From: an uncultured candidate division Zixibacteria bacterium
GTDB taxonomy: Bacteria > Zixibacteria > MSB-5A5 > GN15 > PGXB01
Reading direction: 5' to 3'
Assembly (NCBI GenBank): GCA_963702205.1
Contig: OY969724.1
Coordinates: forward strand, 2,752,001-2,816,000
Length of the DNA stretch: 64,000 nt
The position numbers were made by a program, and so were the translations under genes. The notes under the pieces were generated by a model. That model saw nothing but the letters and a program-made list of their open reading frames with translations, did not search any database and was not told where the DNA came from. This document shows positions 58,284-64,000 of the stretch, piece after piece. The first letter of the stretch is position 1. Each line of letters opens with the position of its first letter.

Positions 58284-60287
58284 CTATGTAATACTATGGG
58301 ATTCCAAAGGTGACTCGCCATTCTTCTTTCCTTTAGGCGGACAGCCGATCAAAACGAACGTTATATCATCGCTCTGTTCGGCGGTTCCGGCATGACGATC
58401 AATGTCCTCCAGAATAAGCTCCGAAATCCGGCCAGGCGGCAAATACGAATTACCGCAGACGTTGTCGTTAAAGAACGTCATCAGCCTTTCCATGCCGTAC
58501 TTTTGACCGGTCCGGTTCATCGATTCGGTGATACCGTCCGAATAAATAAAGATAATATCACCCTGCCTGATCTTAATTTCCTGCTGCTTAAGTTTCTCGT
58601 AAAATACTTTGTCTTCCAGCGGCATACCCAGCGGGGGTCCGGAAGGATTCAGTTGAGCCGTCACCCCTTTCCTTGAGTCGTAATAAATCAGCGGATTGTG
58701 TCCCGCCGACACAAAATTAAACCTCCGGTCGGGAACGTTATAAACGCCCAGCATAATTGTTACGAAAATTCCGGGCGGAATGTCATTTTTGATATGTTCA
58801 TTGACACTGACAAGAATACTATGGGCCGATTTCATCCCTTTGGCTTGTATCCGAATAACGGTTCGCAGTACCGACATTACCAGCGAGGCCGGGATGCCCT
58901 TGCCGGAAACGTCGGCGACGAGCAAGCAATAATTGTTTTCGTCGATTTGAAAAATATCGAAAAGATCGCCGCCGATCCTATAGGCGGCCCGGTAGAAAGT
59001 GCCAACTTCGATGCCCGGTATATCCGGGAGTTTGCTCGGAAGAAGCGTCTCCTGAATCTGTCCCGCGACTTCGATTTCCTTGGCGACTCTTTCCCTCTCG
59101 ATAATATTATTGCGGTCGCGCCGCAAACGGCTCATCATTTCGTTTAAAGCTTTGGATATCTCGAAATATTCTTCCACTCCCTCCGGTGGGACTTCCGTCT
59201 CGATGTCGCCCGATGAAAACCGCCGAACTTTTTCGGTGATTCTAACAATCGGACTGACGAAATAATTTGACAGAAGATAGATGCCGCCCACCCCGACTGC
59301 GAGGCCGAGTATGGTCCACAAGACTATTACACGACGTTCGCGGCCGATAACCTGATTGATTTGTTCGCTGGAATAAGTCATGTGAACCCGGCCGATAGCG
59401 TGACCGCCGCTCGTTATGTCGGAGACAAGATAATGGCTGTACTTGCCTTCCTGAGGAATATCCTGTGGGACTCCGATTAGATTAATGTCCGTATTGGCGA
59501 ACGGCTCAAAAGTTTTCCGCAGGTTTCGTATATTTCGCGTGTCGGCGAGGATAATGCCGTTATCCGCCGTCAGGACGATCATGGTCAGTTCGGGATTGGC
59601 ATGCATATAACTGATTACCAGTTCGTCGAACTCGACGTCGGAGCGACGATTCAGAATGTACCCGGAAGCCTGATCGGCCACGGTCAATGACAGTGACCGG
59701 ACGATATCGTTAAGATGAGATTTGATCGTATTGGTCGTGCGCGTGTCAATGATAATATAGGCCCCGACAATAATGGTCAGCATAATCAAAAAGGTGTATA
59801 GGGAAAACTTGACCCTCAGCGTGAACATGCGTCCCAGAAACAGCCGGGCTTTTTCCGGCTGGCGGGATACGACTTTGGTCATGCGCAGTTCATTGAAACC
59901 CGGTGACGTGATATATTCCACCGAGTCCATGATTTTCCCAATCATGTAAAAACCCAAGCCACCTTTGCGCCCGGACTCGACCAGCTTCCGGAGGTCTAAT
60001 TTGCCCGTCGCGTCCGGCTCGAACGAACGACCGTGATCGATCAAAGAAAACACGATACGTTTTTTAAAAATGATAATGCGGATTCGCATCAGGCCTTTTT
60101 CGTACACATAGGCGTGGCGAATGATATTGGATACGCCTTCTTCTATGGCCAGCAGGACCGCCCCGGTACCCTTACGGGATAATCCGGCGTTGATACAGGT
60201 TTCACGGATCAGATTCTGGATCGAAGGCAGATACCTGTCTTCGGCCTGATATTCGGCGTTGATTTCTTTTACCGGTTTGAAGAACAT
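58284..60287 (-). CDS. RsbW-like HATPase + TM + HAMP + SpoIIE/RsbU PP2C phosphatase fusion
   Basis: AIEE..SNIIRHAY, D.G..F, GGLG kinase motifs; two TM helices; HAMP; IGGDLFD, ADVSGKG, SAGHNP, YSDGITE, DDIT phosphatase motifs. Confidence 0.92.
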   Translation of the reverse strand: MFFKPVKEINAEYQAEDRYLPSIQNLIRETCINAGLSRKGTGAVLLAIEEGVSNIIRHAYVYEKGLMRIRIIIFKKRIVFSLIDHGRSFEPDATGKLDLRKLVESGRKGGLGFYMIGKIMDSVEYITSPGFNELRMTKVVSRQPEKARLFLGRMFTLRVKFSLYTFLIMLTIIVGAYIIIDTRTTNTIKSHLNDIVRSLSLTVADQASGYILNRRSDVEFDELVISYMHANPELTMIVLTADNGIILADTRNIRNLRKTFEPFANTDINLIGVPQDIPQEGKYSHYLVSDITSGGHAIGRVHMTYSSEQINQVIGRERRVIVLWTILGLAVGVGGIYLLSNYFVSPIVRITEKVRRFSSGDIETEVPPEGVEEYFEISKALNEMMSRLRRDRNNIIERERVAKEIEVAGQIQETLLPSKLPDIPGIEVGTFYRAAYRIGGDLFDIFQIDENNYCLLVADVSGKGIPASLVMSVLRTVIRIQAKGMKSAHSILVSVNEHIKNDIPPGIFVTIMLGVYNVPDRRFNFVSAGHNPLIYYDSRKGVTAQLNPSGPPLGMPLEDKVFYEKLKQQEIKIRQGDIIFIYSDGITESMNRTGQKYGMERLMTFFNDNVCGNSYLPPGRISELILEDIDRHAGTAEQSDDITFVLIGCPPKGKKNGESPLESHSIT

Positions 60288-60357
60288 ATAAAATAACGTA
60301 AAGTAAACCGGGATTTATCTCAATATTAAAACGTTCTCGGGCGTGTAAGTAATTCGA

Positions 60358-62187
60358 TTAATTCTCGGATTTCATCCTCAGCCGGGCCTGTTCGATGTTA
60401 TTGATCGTACTGACATTCCCCGGGTAAAACTGCAGGACTTCCTCCCACAGCCTGACGGCGTTTTCATAATCCCCGTCGCGGAAATGCTCCAGGGCGTTCA
60501 AATATATGCGCCAGACCCGTTCATCCTTTTCCAGGTCTTCAAGGTCGGTTACTTTCTTCATCAATACGGAAATCCGGCTCTTGTAATCGGTGGCAACGCT
60601 GTTGTTGGGCTCCAGCTGCAGTACCTGCTCGAATTTACGGCTGGCCGCAGAATAATTCTTTTGCGTGAAATATTCGACCCCTTCTTTAACGAGGCGGGCG
60701 ACGTTGATTGAATTTTCAATCCTGACAATGGCCGCCGGGGCAGCTTCGTTTTCGGGATCGAGTTCGGTCACTTTGTAATATTTTTCGAGCGCGTCGGTCA
60801 ACCGTCCGTCGGATTCCAGTTGTTTGGCTTCGGCCAGGAGACTATCGACCCTGGCCTGGCGTTCGCGCACGATATTTTCTTTCAGCCTGACAAACCTTTG
60901 ATCATCAGGAGCTTCTTTCTGAGCCATATCGACAGCCGCCAGCGCCGCTTTATATTCACCATTCTCCTGTAAGCCCAATGCCTGGCTGTAATAACCGTCG
61001 ATGCGGGATTCAATGCGACCGGCTTCATTGCGGGCAGCCTGGTCCGAAGCATTACGAATCTTAAGCGTTTCCTGGATTTGCTCGATACGATTCTGCGCCT
61101 CTTTGTTGTTTTCATCGTACGCCAGCGCGCGTTGATAGTACACCAGAGCCGAATCGAGCTCGTTGTAATCATAAAATCCGTCGGCTACTCCTTTATAGAA
61201 ATTGAACTGACGTTTGCGGTCGTCGAGGACGAGATAGCTTCCCCGGGCACTTTCCAGTTCTGAAGCTTCCTTGATCTTCTCGGGAATCGATTTGCCTATG
61301 TTGATCGTCAGGCCGAAGCGGTGCGAATCGGTGATACCGTCGATAAACCTGTAAGCGTAATCGAATCTGAGGCGGTCGTATGTGACACCCATCCCGAAAG
61401 TCATGTTTTCGCGATCCAGTCCTATCCTTAGGGCCAGATAATCTCTGTAAACCGATTCCAATCCGATGTGAATCTTGGTCGATCGGTACTCCGGCTGCTC
61501 GATCGCGAACGTAACATTATGCGAAAAGTCTTTGAACAGTTTTATATCTTTCACGCCGACACCGGCCAGAACGTCGAGCGGGATAATTTCAAGATTGCCT
61601 CCAAGCCGTAAACGCGGAGCGATCAGGTCCTGAAATATAACTCCGGCCATAATTTTATCGGTTGCCCGCATCATGAACGACAAATCGATCCCGGTACCGT
61701 ACGTCGAATTATCACCCAGCGATTGATTGACAAGTTTGAGAGCCGCGCCGATCGAAAAACCGCCTTCGAGTTTTCGGCCGTAACCCAGTAAAAACTGCCC
61801 GATCGAATACGACATCTTCCCGGTTTGCACATAATCATTGATGACCGGGATATCGCCGGTTCCGAGACGCATGAAGGAGACTCCGAACCCGCCCCATTTT
61901 TCGTGGGGATAGACGTACGATGCGGCATCGTACAGAGTCCCCTCGATCAAAGTAACATGCATCAGGTCGACCTGCTGATAATCCAGGCTGGCCAGAGCGG
62001 CCTGGTTCCAGTATATGGCCGAAGCATCGTCTGCCAGCCCGACAAAGCCGCCGCCCATGCCGAGCGCCCGCGTTCCCGAACCGAGTGAAAAAGGCGATTC
62101 ACGTCCGGCATCGTCGCCGTACGCAGCCGTCGTGAGGCATAGAGCCGAAATAAGGCAGGCGAATATGATCCAGCGACACTTCATCAT
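60358..62187 (-). CDS. PorV/PorQ (UPF0164)-like beta-barrel protein fused to C-terminal TPRs
   Basis: Signal peptide, G.GTRALGMGG.F...ADDASAIYWN.A.L motif, barrel strands ending RFDYAY...HRFGL, then TPR repeats. Confidence 0.85.
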   Translation of the reverse strand: MMKCRWIIFACLISALCLTTAAYGDDAGRESPFSLGSGTRALGMGGGFVGLADDASAIYWNQAALASLDYQQVDLMHVTLIEGTLYDAASYVYPHEKWGGFGVSFMRLGTGDIPVINDYVQTGKMSYSIGQFLLGYGRKLEGGFSIGAALKLVNQSLGDNSTYGTGIDLSFMMRATDKIMAGVIFQDLIAPRLRLGGNLEIIPLDVLAGVGVKDIKLFKDFSHNVTFAIEQPEYRSTKIHIGLESVYRDYLALRIGLDRENMTFGMGVTYDRLRFDYAYRFIDGITDSHRFGLTINIGKSIPEKIKEASELESARGSYLVLDDRKRQFNFYKGVADGFYDYNELDSALVYYQRALAYDENNKEAQNRIEQIQETLKIRNASDQAARNEAGRIESRIDGYYSQALGLQENGEYKAALAAVDMAQKEAPDDQRFVRLKENIVRERQARVDSLLAEAKQLESDGRLTDALEKYYKVTELDPENEAAPAAIVRIENSINVARLVKEGVEYFTQKNYSAASRKFEQVLQLEPNNSVATDYKSRISVLMKKVTDLEDLEKDERVWRIYLNALEHFRDGDYENAVRLWEEVLQFYPGNVSTINNIEQARLRMKSEN

Positions 62188-64000
62188 TTGAGCACCGCCA
62201 GTTTGTATCGATACGATTTGCCGGTCAACTTGTTCTGCAAGACCATTATATAAACGCCGTTAAGGACAACATTATTGCGGGCATTGCGGCCGTACCAATA
62301 AATCACGTTGTCTCCGGCACGACCACCTTCGGTTCCCGCCGCGAAATTCATTTCAATTACTTTTTCACCGGTCAAGGTAAAGATTATGACGTTTATTTCG
62401 GCGTCGTCTTCAAGGTAATATGAAACCTCGGCCGGTTCGATATCGGGATTGAAAGGATTTTTGCGAGCTATAATCGAGCCTTCGAGGCTGGGCGGTGTCA
62501 CAACGAAATTACTGCCCAGTTCAAAGGATTCTCCGAAATCACCGCTGACCGCTACTCTTTGACCGGCCCGGGGGCCGGAAATATAGCGGGCCAGAATGTC
62601 ACGGCTGTCAATCGACACCGAAAAATTTTGCTCGCTGATATGATCCGCGAAACGACATCGGAAATCTATCGTACGGCTCTCTCCGGGATTGAGAAACAAA
62701 GTAGTAAAATCATTGTTCAGGCGCGAACCGTATATACTGCTTTCGGAAATTAATTCACCGTTTTCAACGAAACCGGTCTCATCGGTTATGACAATTTGAT
62801 CGGGCGAAATTAAATGCCCGTCTTTGTTGCGAAAGGCCGCAACTATCGTGTTCAATCCGATTACATTCAAAGGGCTTTGTGTCTGGTTGTTGAGGGTCAG
62901 CGTAAACAGATCCGAGGTTTCACCCTCGACGATTAACGGCGACGGAATAACCCGCCCCTGCACGAACAACTCGGCTTCCCCGAGAACTACCATTATAGGT
63001 ATCAGCGACGAGATATTTTCCACGTCGGCTCGATCATTAGTGTTCTTGTCAACCGGGATACCGGTGATCATCAGGTGGAAGGCCGCCGATGTTTCATAAA
63101 GCGGCGCCACCAGCTTGAATTCAACCAGGCTGTCAAGAGGCAGCGACACGGCCGTCGATTCGGGAAGTCCGAAGGCATCGGTTCCGGTCACAAGTGAAAT
63201 CTCACCCCGACCGACCGAGGATTCTCCCAGGTTCTTTAAAAATGCGGATATAGTAAAGGGTTTGTCTATTTCCACGTAATTATCGTACGTCCCCGATATG
63301 CTATAGTCAAGTTCAATCCGGGCCGGACGCTGCACAACCAGGACGGCTATATTGTCTACAGCCGGCAATACGGTTGCTCCCGGAGCACTGACCGACGTCT
63401 TGAGTGCCCAAACCGGTATCGTCGTCGCGGGGGCTATCAGGTTGAGCCGGGTTTCAGCGGTACTTTCGGCGGGAATCGATATGCCCGATTGCGAGGCCAA
63501 AGTGTCCCGTCCGCTTTCACTCAGTAAGTACACCGTGGCGTCGTCAATGTCACTTGGTGACAGATTCTCGGCTCCTACAATAAGATCAAACAGCTGATTC
63601 GTATTCAAGAACGGTGTGTTGGGAGCGGTGGTCGTATCGAGATAGGTCGTGACGATGCGCATCTCCTTCTCACCGGACGTGACTTCAACGTCATTGGAGA
63701 AAAAGACACTGTCTCTTCGCTGGACATACAATTCGGTTCCGGCCAGATCGAGATAGGCCGACAGTCTCGTCCCTGCCAGACTTTCCGGAATGGTTACTGA
63801 TTCGGTCGTGAGATGATTATTGCCAGGTTCAATTGTAAAATTAGCGCCTGTCAGCCCAATATTGATTGAGGTTGAATTTTCATTCAAGACCAGAGATGTA
63901 TTGTCAAGATCGATCGTTATGGGAACAATGCCGTCGCTGGAAATATCAAATGAAAACGCCGTTTCAGTTCCGGAGTTGATACTTATCGGGGTCAGGCTGT
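62184..64000 (-). CDS. Large secreted Ig-rich protein with FlgD-Ig/T9SS-like C-terminal domain (5' end outside the window)
   Basis: Frame stays open to the window edge; C-terminal NPFNP...IFTLTGEKV...WYGRN...LNGVYI...KLAVLK. Confidence 0.85.
   Translation of the reverse strand, partial: SLTPISINSGTETAFSFDISSDGIVPITIDLDNTSLVLNENSTSINIGLTGANFTIEPGNNHLTTESVTIPESLAGTRLSAYLDLAGTELYVQRRDSVFFSNDVEVTSGEKEMRIVTTYLDTTTAPNTPFLNTNQLFDLIVGAENLSPSDIDDATVYLLSESGRDTLASQSGISIPAESTAETRLNLIAPATTIPVWALKTSVSAPGATVLPAVDNIAVLVVQRPARIELDYSISGTYDNYVEIDKPFTISAFLKNLGESSVGRGEISLVTGTDAFGLPESTAVSLPLDSLVEFKLVAPLYETSAAFHLMITGIPVDKNTNDRADVENISSLIPIMVVLGEAELFVQGRVIPSPLIVEGETSDLFTLTLNNQTQSPLNVIGLNTIVAAFRNKDGHLISPDQIVITDETGFVENGELISESSIYGSRLNNDFTTLFLNPGESRTIDFRCRFADHISEQNFSVSIDSRDILARYISGPRAGQRVAVSGDFGESFELGSNFVVTPPSLEGSIIARKNPFNPDIEPAEVSYYLEDDAEINVIIFTLTGEKVIEMNFAAGTEGGRAGDNVIYWYGRNARNNVVLNGVYIMVLQNKLTGKSYRYKLAVLK

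Overview
Bacterial chromosomal window, mostly minus-strand housekeeping and envelope genes. A dockerin-tipped secreted protein, FlgD-Ig/T9SS-like sorting domains, a PorV-type protein and a Bacteroidota-type bS22 suggest an FCB-group organism, probably Zixibacteria (inference). Content: bamD-SLT-rimO-lolA-ftsK-HU-lptD-alaX; a block holding three apparent pseudoenzymes (M1-like, M2/M3-like, AroA-like) and a Ser/Ser DapF; argS; a lexA-small ORF-dinB SOS cassette interrupted by a RAYT transposase with three REPs; purD-purE; sppA-mltD-miaA-mutL-mutS-SPOR-lapB-lapA; and a surface-signalling/exopolysaccharide cluster (large CTD protein, PorV-TPR, HATPase-HAMP-PP2C, STAS, GGDEF, Wza, TPR, BY-kinase, deacetylase, DUF362). 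Most notable: (1) a dnaX-like A9G slippery site that would fuse the STAS protein to an HTH-like domain by a -1 shift; (2) an unannotated ~80-nt promoter-to-U-tract hairpin RNA with an anti-Shine-Dalgarno loop; (3) a REP/RAYT element inside the SOS operon and a hybrid LexA box; (4) three +1 frameshifts, each repairable at the same GTACCT motif, probably a systematic sequencing error. No CRISPR array, rRNA or tRNA was recognised.
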